Positions 8,469 through 16,965 of a DNA stretch of 64,000 nucleotides are shown in pieces. Location: the NCBI GenBank assembly GCA_030741355.1, contig JASLVM010000001.1:76087-140086 (forward strand), read 5' to 3'. This DNA is from Poseidonia sp. GTDB taxonomy: Archaea > Thermoplasmatota > Poseidoniia > Poseidoniales > Poseidoniaceae. The position numbers and the translations under genes were made by a program. A model generated the notes under the pieces. That model worked only from the letters and a program-made list of their open reading frames with translations. It did no database searches and had not been told where the DNA came from. Position 1 is the first letter of the stretch, and every line of letters starts with the position of its first letter.

Positions 8469-10589
8469 ATGGCGAAGGAGACCGACTCGGAATCCGGCGT
8501 CAAAGAAACCTCCGAGGAGCACGCCAAAGCCAAGGACAAAGAGGCCAAGGAACTCCAAGAAATCCGGCAACGTCGAAGTGGCGGCGGCAAGATGTTCCTT
8601 TCCAAGATCGAAGACTTTGTCTTGATGGGCGGCGTCGTCTACGGGTTGTTGTTTGCCCTCCTTTTGTTCTCGATGTCGTCAGGCATGCTTGGCAACACCA
8701 CCAGCCTTGACCATACGGCCTCAACCACCTTCCTGGATATCGGCGATGAGTGCACCGAAATCACCGATGAGCCTTGGCTCAACATCTTCCCCGACCCAGA
8801 CCAGGAGTTGTTCTCCATTGCGGGCCACAACCTACCCAACGGCGAAGCCTATCTGAACTACACCTTCTTTTCCGTGTCGAGCGATGATACGAAAGCCGTC
8901 GTATCCGAAGACTACGGCTCCAACGAAACCGTGCGAACCATCAACAAAGTTGACCAATCCTACGGGCGTGCGTACTTCAAAGCCCCCTATTCCGAACTCC
9001 CAGAAGGACACTATGAACTCAAATTCACCGTGACCGTCTACGAAGAGCGGAACACCTCCTCAAACAGGACCATGGAGCCCCAATCAAAGAGCATCAAGTT
9101 TGAACACACGCTTTCCAAGGAAGCCCTTGCCTTCCTCCCCTTTGTGAACGATGCCGAGCATTCTGAGGTGAGAATTGAAGACGCTGGACCTCGCTCCTGC
9201 TGGACCGTCCAAGATTTGGGTGATTGGGGCTATATCTTGATGGGGGCAGAACTGGGTGGAGGACGTGAAACCGCCATGCTCACCGGTGGTGCCGCCGGTA
9301 TTCCCGCATGGTGGATGGCGTTCATTTCACTCTCCCTTTCCATCATCACCTTACTCATCATCTACCCGGTGATGTACAAAGTCTACCACCAAGACGCAGA
9401 CGACATCCTCTCCCGAACCCACATTGTTCGCCTGGTTGAGGACACCGTCGAAGAAGTCGGTGAAAAATTGGGTATTGAAATCGATGATGACCTGTTCAAA
9501 ACCGAAGTCAGAGAGCTCTCCATCGACATCATGGTCCCCTACAAAAACACGGAAAACACCCTCTCAGATTCCAGTGAGGTGCGGGCCGAACTGCTCCGCT
9601 CCTTGCTGGAGGAGTTTGCGATCTTCCGAGTCTTCAAGCCCGTTCAACTGAACGTCCGGGTGATCGGCGACGGCCAGATGGTGGACTTTGATTCGGGTGT
9701 TGGTGTCGGATCCCAGGGCCAAGAAAAGGACCTGAAATCCGAGCAACAGGACTATTCAAGTTTCTTTTCCGAACTTCATTCGCTTTCCAGAATTGAAGAC
9801 GACGTTCGAGACAGTTTGGACCTGTTCTTTACCCGCCGTTCTGACGTTGAGATGACCGGTGCTGTGGTGACCAGCGACGACCGTGTGGTCTTCGTCTCTG
9901 TGATTTTCCGGCCCACCCAGCGCTTTGCATGGTTGAGATTCCGCAAAACATCCACACAGATTAAAGATGAATTGTATCGATTCATACACGAGCGTAACGA
10001 GGACCTCCTTGGCTCACAAGAATTGGTTGTTAAGACCCGAAATGAGGTCTCGACGCTCGCCGACAGGTCCGGTGCCGGTCGTGTTGAGCGCCGGTCGCAA
10101 AAAGACGACGAACGCATCGTGGCCGTGGCCAAACAAGATGGATTGGGTGGCAGAGTTCTGCAAACCAAATTCCTGGGCGATACGCTCTCAACGGTGGAAT
10201 ACATGGCCAACGAGAAGCGAGAAATGATCAACAAGTGGGGCTTTTGGGGTCTCATCTTCTTTGTATGGATTCCGTTCATGGCCTCGGGCGTGTTGGTCGG
10301 TGCTATGCTTGGCCTTCTCTCACGTATGCAATTCATGCGTGTGCTGGTGGCCACGTTTATCGGCGGTTCCATCGCTTCCGTCACCTGGGCCTACACGGCT
10401 GAAGGAATTGTAAAATTCATGCACCAATACAAACTCGAAGTGTTCATCCCGTTGGTCATTGGTGTGTTTATTCTGATGGCCGTGTTGCACATACGTTCAA
10501 CCAAGATGCGCCGACAAACCGAATTGTTCGAGGACACACTCCTCGACAACTTCCATGCCGACATCGTGGCCAAATACGGCGACCAGTAG
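8469..10589 (+). CDS. Hypothetical multi-pass membrane protein with a glycosylated-looking ectodomain, a cytoplasmic coiled-coil region and a C-terminal 3-TM domain.
   Basis: Hydrophobic segments include VVYGLLFALLLFSM, AWWMAFISLSLSIITLLIIYPV and C-terminal WGFWGLIFFVWIPFMASGVLVGAMLGLL. Several NxS/T sequons are present. The ORF-track start at 8307 overlaps tRNA-Phe, so the in-frame ATG at 8469 was chosen. The start remains uncertain. Confidence 0.45.
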   Translation: MAKETDSESGVKETSEEHAKAKDKEAKELQEIRQRRSGGGKMFLSKIEDFVLMGGVVYGLLFALLLFSMSSGMLGNTTSLDHTASTTFLDIGDECTEITDEPWLNIFPDPDQELFSIAGHNLPNGEAYLNYTFFSVSSDDTKAVVSEDYGSNETVRTINKVDQSYGRAYFKAPYSELPEGHYELKFTVTVYEERNTSSNRTMEPQSKSIKFEHTLSKEALAFLPFVNDAEHSEVRIEDAGPRSCWTVQDLGDWGYILMGAELGGGRETAMLTGGAAGIPAWWMAFISLSLSIITLLIIYPVMYKVYHQDADDILSRTHIVRLVEDTVEEVGEKLGIEIDDDLFKTEVRELSIDIMVPYKNTENTLSDSSEVRAELLRSLLEEFAIFRVFKPVQLNVRVIGDGQMVDFDSGVGVGSQGQEKDLKSEQQDYSSFFSELHSLSRIEDDVRDSLDLFFTRRSDVEMTGAVVTSDDRVVFVSVIFRPTQRFAWLRFRKTSTQIKDELYRFIHERNEDLLGSQELVVKTRNEVSTLADRSGAGRVERRSQKDDERIVAVAKQDGLGGRVLQTKFLGDTLSTVEYMANEKREMINKWGFWGLIFFVWIPFMASGVLVGAMLGLLSRMQFMRVLVATFIGGSIASVTWAYTAEGIVKFMHQYKLEVFIPLVIGVFILMAVLHIRSTKMRRQTELFEDTLLDNFHADIVAKYGDQ

Positions 10590-10597
10590 GTGAAGCC

Positions 10598-11191
10598 ATG
10601 GAGGCCAGCACCACGTTTTCAGGCAGTGAAGACCACGTGGGAGATCCGGTTCGTTTGGGCATCGTAACGGTCAGCGACCGAGCCAGTCGAGGCGAATATC
10701 AGGACGAAGGCGGACCAGCGATTCTCGGATTTTTTCAAGCGGCCATCAAGAGTCCTTGGACCGCCCACTACCGTTGCGTAGCGGACGAGCGCGAGGCTGT
10801 GGAAGCGGCGCTGATTGAACTCGTGGACGAAGAGGGGTGTCATGTGGTCGTCACCACCGGCGGCACCGGCCCTGCACCTCGTGACATAACACCAGAAGCA
10901 ACCGAAGCGGTTTGCGACCGGATGATGCCGGGGTTCGGCGAACAGATGCGAAGTATTTCGCTTGCCTTTGTGCCGACCGCCATTCTCTCTCGACAGGTCG
11001 GTGGTCTGCGAGGTGAATCCCTCTTGTTCAACCTCCCCGGTCGACCGAAAGCCATTCGGGAAACCATCGATGAAATATGGAAAGCCGTGCCGTACTGCGT
11101 TGACCTCATGAACGGCCCGTACATGGACATGAATCCGGTGATTTGCGACGCATTTCGTCCAAAAAAAGCCCGCCGCCCTCCTTTTGAATAA
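10598..11191 (+). CDS. mogA: Molybdopterin adenylyltransferase (MogA/MoaB family).
   Basis: VVVTTGGTGPAPRDITPEATEAV...MMPGFGEQMR is the characteristic MogA/MoaB GGTG motif region. An AGGTGA RBS lies 6 nt upstream. Confidence 0.8.
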   Translation: MEASTTFSGSEDHVGDPVRLGIVTVSDRASRGEYQDEGGPAILGFFQAAIKSPWTAHYRCVADEREAVEAALIELVDEEGCHVVVTTGGTGPAPRDITPEATEAVCDRMMPGFGEQMRSISLAFVPTAILSRQVGGLRGESLLFNLPGRPKAIRETIDEIWKAVPYCVDLMNGPYMDMNPVICDAFRPKKARRPPFE

Positions 11192-11235
11192 CACATCACA
11201 TTCAATAGCCTCACACCACTGGAGGATTACAGAGG

Positions 11236-12651
11236 ATGAGCATGACGGGGAATCTCTTGATACATGGTGCAACGATGGTCCTGCCCAACGAAACGGGTGT
11301 TGGCGATTTGAGAATTCGCAACGGCGTCATCGAGACCGTGGCTCTTGGAGCCACGCTTGAACCGAAGGATGATGAGTTGTTCATTGACGGGCGAGGTTTG
11401 CACCTCCTGCCCGGCATCATTGACCCGCAAGTCCATTTCAGAGACCCTGGCCAGCCAGAGAAAGAGGATTTGGGTTCTGGTTCGGCAGCCGCCGTCAGTG
11501 GCGGTGTGACCTCTTTCTTGGACATGCCCAACAACAAACCTTCCATCACCACATTGGAAGGGATGCGAGGTAAACTGAAGACGGCTTCTGAAAAATGCGT
11601 GAACAACTACGGCTTCTTTATTGGGGCCACATCCAACAACGTGCCCGACCTACAGGAAGCGGTTGGAACCCCCGATGCTCCACTGGGTATTCCCGGTATT
11701 TGTGGCATCAAAATTTTCATGGGTTCATCGACAGGAACCTTGCTGGTCAACGACCGAGATGCTCTCGAAGCCATCTTCGAAGGAACGGGTGGCCTCATCG
11801 CCGTCCACGCAGAAGATGAACAGCGCATGATCGAACGCCTTGACGGCATCAAGGGCCGAACGGACATCGCAGCACATGCAGAATGGCGCGATGACGTGAC
11901 CGCCCTCTTAGCCACGCAACTGGCGGTTGAGTTGGCACAGGAATTCGGTCATCGATTGCACGTGCTTCATTTGACCAGTGGTATCGAGGCCGATTGGTTG
12001 GAAGACATCACAACCCTGCCCTCTCTTTCCAGCGAGAACAGCGCCATCATCACCACCGAAACCCTCCCGCAACACTTGACCTTTGATGAGACAGATGTGG
12101 CACGAGAAGGCACTCGTCTCCAGATGAACCCTCCTATTCGATACGCAAAAGACAGGGAAACCCTGTGGAAACAACTCAAGAAAGGGACGATTCAATGCAT
12201 CGCTACGGACCATGCCCCGCACACGCTCGAAGCCAAAGGACTCGGATTCCCGAACGCCCCAAGCGGTATGCCGGGTGTGGAGACTTCGCTGGCCGTCATG
12301 CTCACGCATGCAAAGGACGGTGCATGCAGCATTGAGGACGTCGCAAAATGGATGTCGACCAACGTCGCCGACTGCTTCAACATGGTTGGCAAGGGGAAGT
12401 TGGAAGAAGGCATGGACGGGGACATCGTGCTGGTTGACATGGACAACGCACGGGAAGTCAAAGACGAACATTCGTGGGCTCGAGTGGGCTGGAATCCGTT
12501 CCGTGGTCGTTCCTTGGTGGGCTGGGCTCAAGTTACGGTTGTTGGAGGCGTACCCGTCTTTGAGCGAACCGAAGCTACGGGGCCAAAGGGTGCCATTTTG
12601 GTGGAACCCGGTGCTGTGGGCGAACCCATTGTGATGACGCCATGGCGTTAG
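11236..12651 (+). CDS. Cyclic amidohydrolase, dihydroorotase-like (dihydroorotase/allantoinase family).
   Basis: Metal-binding motifs IDPQVHFRDPG and ATDHAPH, with an overall amidohydrolase pattern. The exact substrate class was not resolved. Confidence 0.7.
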   Translation: MSMTGNLLIHGATMVLPNETGVGDLRIRNGVIETVALGATLEPKDDELFIDGRGLHLLPGIIDPQVHFRDPGQPEKEDLGSGSAAAVSGGVTSFLDMPNNKPSITTLEGMRGKLKTASEKCVNNYGFFIGATSNNVPDLQEAVGTPDAPLGIPGICGIKIFMGSSTGTLLVNDRDALEAIFEGTGGLIAVHAEDEQRMIERLDGIKGRTDIAAHAEWRDDVTALLATQLAVELAQEFGHRLHVLHLTSGIEADWLEDITTLPSLSSENSAIITTETLPQHLTFDETDVAREGTRLQMNPPIRYAKDRETLWKQLKKGTIQCIATDHAPHTLEAKGLGFPNAPSGMPGVETSLAVMLTHAKDGACSIEDVAKWMSTNVADCFNMVGKGKLEEGMDGDIVLVDMDNAREVKDEHSWARVGWNPFRGRSLVGWAQVTVVGGVPVFERTEATGPKGAILVEPGAVGEPIVMTPWR

Positions 12652-14228
12652 CCAAGCTGGTAAAGCGCACTGTATTTTTGCTCAACATAGCGCAAGAAAG
12701 GTTCAGGGCTGGGCGGTGAACCCGTTGCGTCCTCAATGAGTTGGGCAGGAGAGACTTGACTGCCTCGTTGATGAATACGTGGTCGAAGCCATTCCAACAT
12801 CGGTTTCCAGTCTCCTGAAGCAACCATCTCGTCCATATCGCCCAGATCTTTGGCCATGGCTTCCAGTAATTGGGCAGCATAGAGGTTTCCAAGGGTGTAG
12901 GTTGGGAAGTAGCCAAAAGCACCCATGGACCAGTGAATGTCTTGCAAGCACCCCAGGCGGTCTTCCGGTACATCAATGCCAAACCATGCCTTGAACATGC
13001 TGTTCCAAGCCTCGGGAAGATCGTCCACATCCAATTCGCCGTTGAAGAGTTGCTTCTCAATTTCATACCTTAGCATAACATGTAAGTTGTAAGTGACCTC
13101 GTCCGCCTCGACACGAATAAAGCCTTTCTCAACCCGATTGGCCAGCCGATTAAGCGTGTGTTCATCCCAATCAGGAGCATCAGGGAAATTGGCTCGGAAC
13201 CAGGGCAACACCACTTTCCAAAACGAAGGTGTCCTTCCAATTTGGTTTTCCCAAAAACGACTTTGAGACTCGTGAACACCTAACGAAACGGCAGCCCCTC
13301 GTGGCGTGAATCGGTGATCGTGGTCCAACCCCTGTTCATACAGAGCGTGCCCGGTCTCGTGCATGACGGCATACAGACAGGAGAACGGGTCCACCTCGTC
13401 GAACCGCGTGGTGAATCGGGTATCGCCTGGCCACAAACCTGCCGAGAACGGGTGCGTGGAAGCGTCCATCCGTCCTGCCTCGAAATCAAAGCCCATGTGC
13501 TTTGAAACGGCCTCGCAAAACGCTTTCTGGGCCTCGATGGAAAACACAAGTCCGTCTGGCATCGACGGTTCTTCTACCGTGTTCTGAGCCCGTGTGATGG
13601 CCTCAAGCAAAGGTACGAGGCGCTCTCGCAAACCAGCAAAGAGTGGGTCGTAATCCTCCACCGTCATACCGACTTCGTATTCATCGAGGAGCACATCATA
13701 GGGCGTCGATTGCACACCGAGAAGACCAATCTTTTCATGCGTCAATTCAATCAAACGACGCAAGGTGGGTTTGAAGGCCTCAAAATTCGACTCGGAACGT
13801 GCAGACTGCCATGCGACGAGGGCTTCGGAGCGAGCCTGTGCAAAGGTCTCTACGAAGGATTTCGGCAGACGGACGGCTTGGTCGTAAGTGCGACGCATTT
13901 CACGGACGTTCGCGAGTTGGTCCTCGTTCAGGGTCTTTCCTTCCAATTCGTCAAGCAATTCACCCATTCGTGAATCGGTCAATTGCTCGTGCCGCTTTCC
14001 GGCCAACCATGCCATCATCTCGCCTCTGGAAGACGCTCCCTTGGCAGGCATCAGGACTTCTTGGTCCCAACCAAGATGGCCTTGTAAAGCACCGAGCCGG
14101 TGAATGTCTTGGACGCGCTGGAGGAATTCATCGTAGGGTTCCATGACGAGTTCATGCCTCTGTGCTTCTTCAACACTCCCATGCATTGGCATGGAGAAAC
14201 GCCCTCGGAACATGAAACAAAAAAGCAC
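12648..14228 (-). CDS. M32 carboxypeptidase (carboxypeptidase Taq family).
   Basis: HEXXH in HETGHALYEQG. Family signature DIHWSMGAFGYFPTYTLGNLYAAQ. The true start is possibly the internal MEPYDEF... (14144). Confidence 0.85.
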   Translation of the reverse strand: MLFCFMFRGRFSMPMHGSVEEAQRHELVMEPYDEFLQRVQDIHRLGALQGHLGWDQEVLMPAKGASSRGEMMAWLAGKRHEQLTDSRMGELLDELEGKTLNEDQLANVREMRRTYDQAVRLPKSFVETFAQARSEALVAWQSARSESNFEAFKPTLRRLIELTHEKIGLLGVQSTPYDVLLDEYEVGMTVEDYDPLFAGLRERLVPLLEAITRAQNTVEEPSMPDGLVFSIEAQKAFCEAVSKHMGFDFEAGRMDASTHPFSAGLWPGDTRFTTRFDEVDPFSCLYAVMHETGHALYEQGLDHDHRFTPRGAAVSLGVHESQSRFWENQIGRTPSFWKVVLPWFRANFPDAPDWDEHTLNRLANRVEKGFIRVEADEVTYNLHVMLRYEIEKQLFNGELDVDDLPEAWNSMFKAWFGIDVPEDRLGCLQDIHWSMGAFGYFPTYTLGNLYAAQLLEAMAKDLGDMDEMVASGDWKPMLEWLRPRIHQRGSQVSPAQLIEDATGSPPSPEPFLRYVEQKYSALYQLG

Positions 14229-14242
14229 ACATTCAAGAACAT

Positions 14243-15409
14243 TTGAACAGTACCCGAAACATGGTCCTCCCTTTCCGCCGAAAAGGGTCGGACGAGGACG
14301 ACGACGATATCGTTGACCAAGATATCGAGGACATCATGAACGAGGCAGAAGGTTTGGGTGAAGAATCCGGCGTGACAATTCCTGAAACCTCGGGCGAAGA
14401 TGATGACGTCGACAACGTTGACCCGGCGGAAAAAATGGCAAGAAGCGCACGAACCGTCATCGACACCTGCATGGACGTGCGCCGGGGAGAAAACATTCTG
14501 ATCGTTTGTGACTCAACAACCACCGAAATTGGGCAGGCCCTCCATGACGCTGCAAGCCTTCGCTCGGACCGTGTTCTCTTGGTGGTGATGCCCAAGGGAC
14601 GCCATCATGGCGACGAGCCCCCAACGCCTGTAGCCAACCTCATGAGGCAACAACAAGTCGTCATTGCCCCTACCCGCTATTCGCTCACCCATACCAAAGC
14701 TGTCCGTCAAGCCATCAAAGACGGGTCTCGTGTCGCCACCATGCCCGGTATGACCATTGAAATGTTCACCGAAGGCGGAATGTCGGCCGATTTCAACATC
14801 ATCAAAAAGAACATCGGGGAAATGAGTAACCTCCTTCGAAGAAAGCGAATCATCAACGTGAAATCGGAAACGGGGACCAATGTTACCTTCGAAGTAAACT
14901 GGCGAGAATGGAAACTTGATGATAACGGCATTTGCAATCGCCCCCGCATGCTCACCAACCTCCCAGCGGGCAAAATCTTCACCCTTCCACGAGAAGGAAC
15001 GATGAACGGCACCATCGTGATTGATGGATCTTGGGACTCCGACCTCGTGGACGAACCGGTGGTGCTCCAGATCGAAAACGGACTCGTTATTGATGTGAAA
15101 GGAGGAACGGCAGCAGCTCAAATTCGCCAAACCTTCGGGGAAGCAGCCAAACGCCTCAAGAGCAAAGACCAGGAAAACGTCTGGACCATCGCTGAATTTG
15201 GGTTTGGCATGAACCCTAACGCACGTGTGGCTGGAAATGTTCTAGAAGACGAGAAGCGTTTGGGCACGGCCTATTTCTCGATCGGTGATAACACGACCTT
15301 GGGGGGTTCAGCAGCCGTTGGCATCCAAATATCGGGCGTGCTTGAACGTCCCAGCATCTGGATGGACGAAACATTGCTGTTTGAAGAAGGACAATTCGTG
15401 GCCCATTAA
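14243..15409 (+). CDS. Aminopeptidase, M29-like (COG2309 AmpS family), with a highly acidic N-terminal extension.
   Basis: The C-terminal two-thirds resembles thermophilic M29 aminopeptidases (IAEFGFGMNPNA, AYFSIGDNTTLGG). The N-terminal 60 aa are Asp/Glu-rich (DEDDDDIVDQDIEDIM...). An alternative start is the ATG at 14435. Confidence 0.5.
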   Translation: MNSTRNMVLPFRRKGSDEDDDDIVDQDIEDIMNEAEGLGEESGVTIPETSGEDDDVDNVDPAEKMARSARTVIDTCMDVRRGENILIVCDSTTTEIGQALHDAASLRSDRVLLVVMPKGRHHGDEPPTPVANLMRQQQVVIAPTRYSLTHTKAVRQAIKDGSRVATMPGMTIEMFTEGGMSADFNIIKKNIGEMSNLLRRKRIINVKSETGTNVTFEVNWREWKLDDNGICNRPRMLTNLPAGKIFTLPREGTMNGTIVIDGSWDSDLVDEPVVLQIENGLVIDVKGGTAAAQIRQTFGEAAKRLKSKDQENVWTIAEFGFGMNPNARVAGNVLEDEKRLGTAYFSIGDNTTLGGSAAVGIQISGVLERPSIWMDETLLFEEGQFVAH

Positions 15410-15413
15410 GGCC

Positions 15414-16898
15414 TCAGTATCCCAGATTTTGTTGTCCGCAAACCGGACAGAATCGCCAATAAGGATCCAATCCAATCCCGCAGCCTCGGCAGTGCACGCC
15501 TGAGCGAATGGTGGGCTGAACCAAGGGTGCTTGTTGACGAGGCCATCCCTGCTGTGGCTGCTGTTGCTGAGGCCATCCTTGCTGAGGCTGCTGTTGCTGA
15601 GGCCATCCCTGCTGTGGCTGCTGTTGTTGCTGTTGCTGCCAAGGTTGCTGAGGCAACGGTTGAGGCCGTTGCTGCGGAGGTGCTTGCTGCGGAGCGGGTT
15701 GCTGTTGCCCGCCGAGCGGCCGGCGAACGGGAGCCACTGGCTTGGGTAGAGCAGCCGTCTTTTCAGCCGCAGGTGAAGCGATGAATTCTGAAAGCGTCAC
15801 CACGCCATCGCCATCGGCATCTGCCTCGGCGTGAAGTTCAGCCGCTTCCTCAAGACTGGTCCCCGTCGCTTGTGCCAATTCTTCGACATCCAGCGCTCCG
15901 CTTCCGTCCTCATCGGCTGCGATGAAATGTTCCGCTGCGCTGACAAACTCGGTTTCCTCTTGCACCGGTTCGGGTTCCATCTCCGGCGAGGCTGGAGCAG
16001 GAGGTTGCTCATCAGCGGCCAATTCGGAACGAAATGCCCCGGAAAAGGCATCCTGCGTGGCTTTCGCCACTTGCTTTTGGCTTTCGATGTTCAACTCCGG
16101 TTCGACCGGTTCGGCCTCAGGAAGATCGGGCAAGGCGACCGTGCTGGAAGGAACGGGGACAGGGGGAGAAACCTCTGCTGGTTTGGGTTCGGGGGTGACC
16201 GTGGGAAGAGGCACAGGCTCTGAAAGAGAGGGGGCGGGTGCAGGTTCTTGTGCTGCAGGGACGGTTTCTGCTGGAGGGGGTGCGGGCAAGGATGCGTTCT
16301 CAGGAACGTCAACGCTGGCTGCTGATGCACCGCCACTGGCCAAACTTGCAATCGGGATGACCTGGCCAACCACATCGAGGGCTGCATCCAGTTCTCTGTT
16401 GATGGTGGCAAGCGCTTCGACTGACCCTTCGACGTTATTGAGCAGCCCTTCAAAGGAGGTGAGATACTTCACGACTTCGTCTTTGGATCCTGTTTGAAAG
16501 GCCACGGCAAAGAGTTTCATCATGCGCATGGGGTCGGCCAATTGTTCCAAAGAACTTCGTAGGTTCGCGTCGATACCGCCCATGGCCTGACCCGCTTCAC
16601 CGCTTGAATCCGGCATGCCGAGAGCTTGCAAAAGCGGATCGGGCATGCTCATCAAACCGAGATGCCCGGCGACGAGGTAGTAGATCTCACCGCCCTCGCA
16701 TTGCATACGTTCACTGGCCGCTTCAAAATCAAAATCTCCGGGCCGTAATACGATGTCTGAGAGCAACTCAAAGAACTGAACCATCGCCTCTTCTCGGGGC
16801 ATGGCCATCATCGCATGGAGGACATCGCTCGATTCAGTCGCACCGAAGTAAGCTGCGGCATCATCAACCTCAATCACGTTGGAGGAAGTGGGGTTCTC
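15414..16898 (-). CDS. Cytoplasmic protein with a canonical EF-hand pair, a Pro-rich linker, a poly-Gln (QQPQQGWPQQ) repeat and a C-terminal zinc ribbon.
   Basis: EF-hand loops DEDGSGALDVEE and DADGDGVVTLSE. C-terminus HCRGCGIGLDPYWRFCPVCGQ. No signal peptide. Start ATG at 16898 with the strong RBS AAAGGAGGGAGAAGG. It sits 67 nt downstream of the stop of the 2112-aa gene. Confidence 0.6.
   Translation of the reverse strand, partial: ENPTSSNVIEVDDAAAYFGATESSDVLHAMMAMPREEAMVQFFELLSDIVLRPGDFDFEAASERMQCEGGEIYYLVAGHLGLMSMPDPLLQALGMPDSSGEAGQAMGGIDANLRSSLEQLADPMRMMKLFAVAFQTGSKDEVVKYLTSFEGLLNNVEGSVEALATINRELDAALDVVGQVIPIASLASGGASAASVDVPENASLPAPPPAETVPAAQEPAPAPSLSEPVPLPTVTPEPKPAEVSPPVPVPSSTVALPDLPEAEPVEPELNIESQKQVAKATQDAFSGAFRSELAADEQPPAPASPEMEPEPVQEETEFVSAAEHFIAADEDGSGALDVEELAQATGTSLEEAAELHAEADADGDGVVTLSEFIASPAAEKTAALPKPVAPVRRPLGGQQQPAPQQAPPQQRPQPLPQQPWQQQQQQQPQQGWPQQQQPQQGWPQQQQPQQGWPRQQAPLVQPTIRSGVHCRGCGIGLDPYWRFCPVCGQQNLGY
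15539..15628. repeat. 30-bp tandem repeat, 3 units, degenerating to about 15710. It encodes QQPQQGWPQQ on the minus strand.
   Basis: Units GAGGCCATCCCTGCTGTGGCTGCTGTTGCT, then a 2-mismatch copy, then a 1-mismatch copy, read directly. Confidence 0.8.
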
Positions 16899-16965
16899 GT
16901 CTGACATCCTTCTCCCTCCTTTTACTTGCGACCGCTGACCCCCATTTAAGCCCTCATGATACGAC

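Noticed and set aside
15527-15710. Regular 30-bp repeats that could be mistaken for a CRISPR array.
   Set aside because: Units are contiguous with no unique spacers. They are in-frame within a gene and encode a Gln-rich peptide repeat. No cas genes are nearby.
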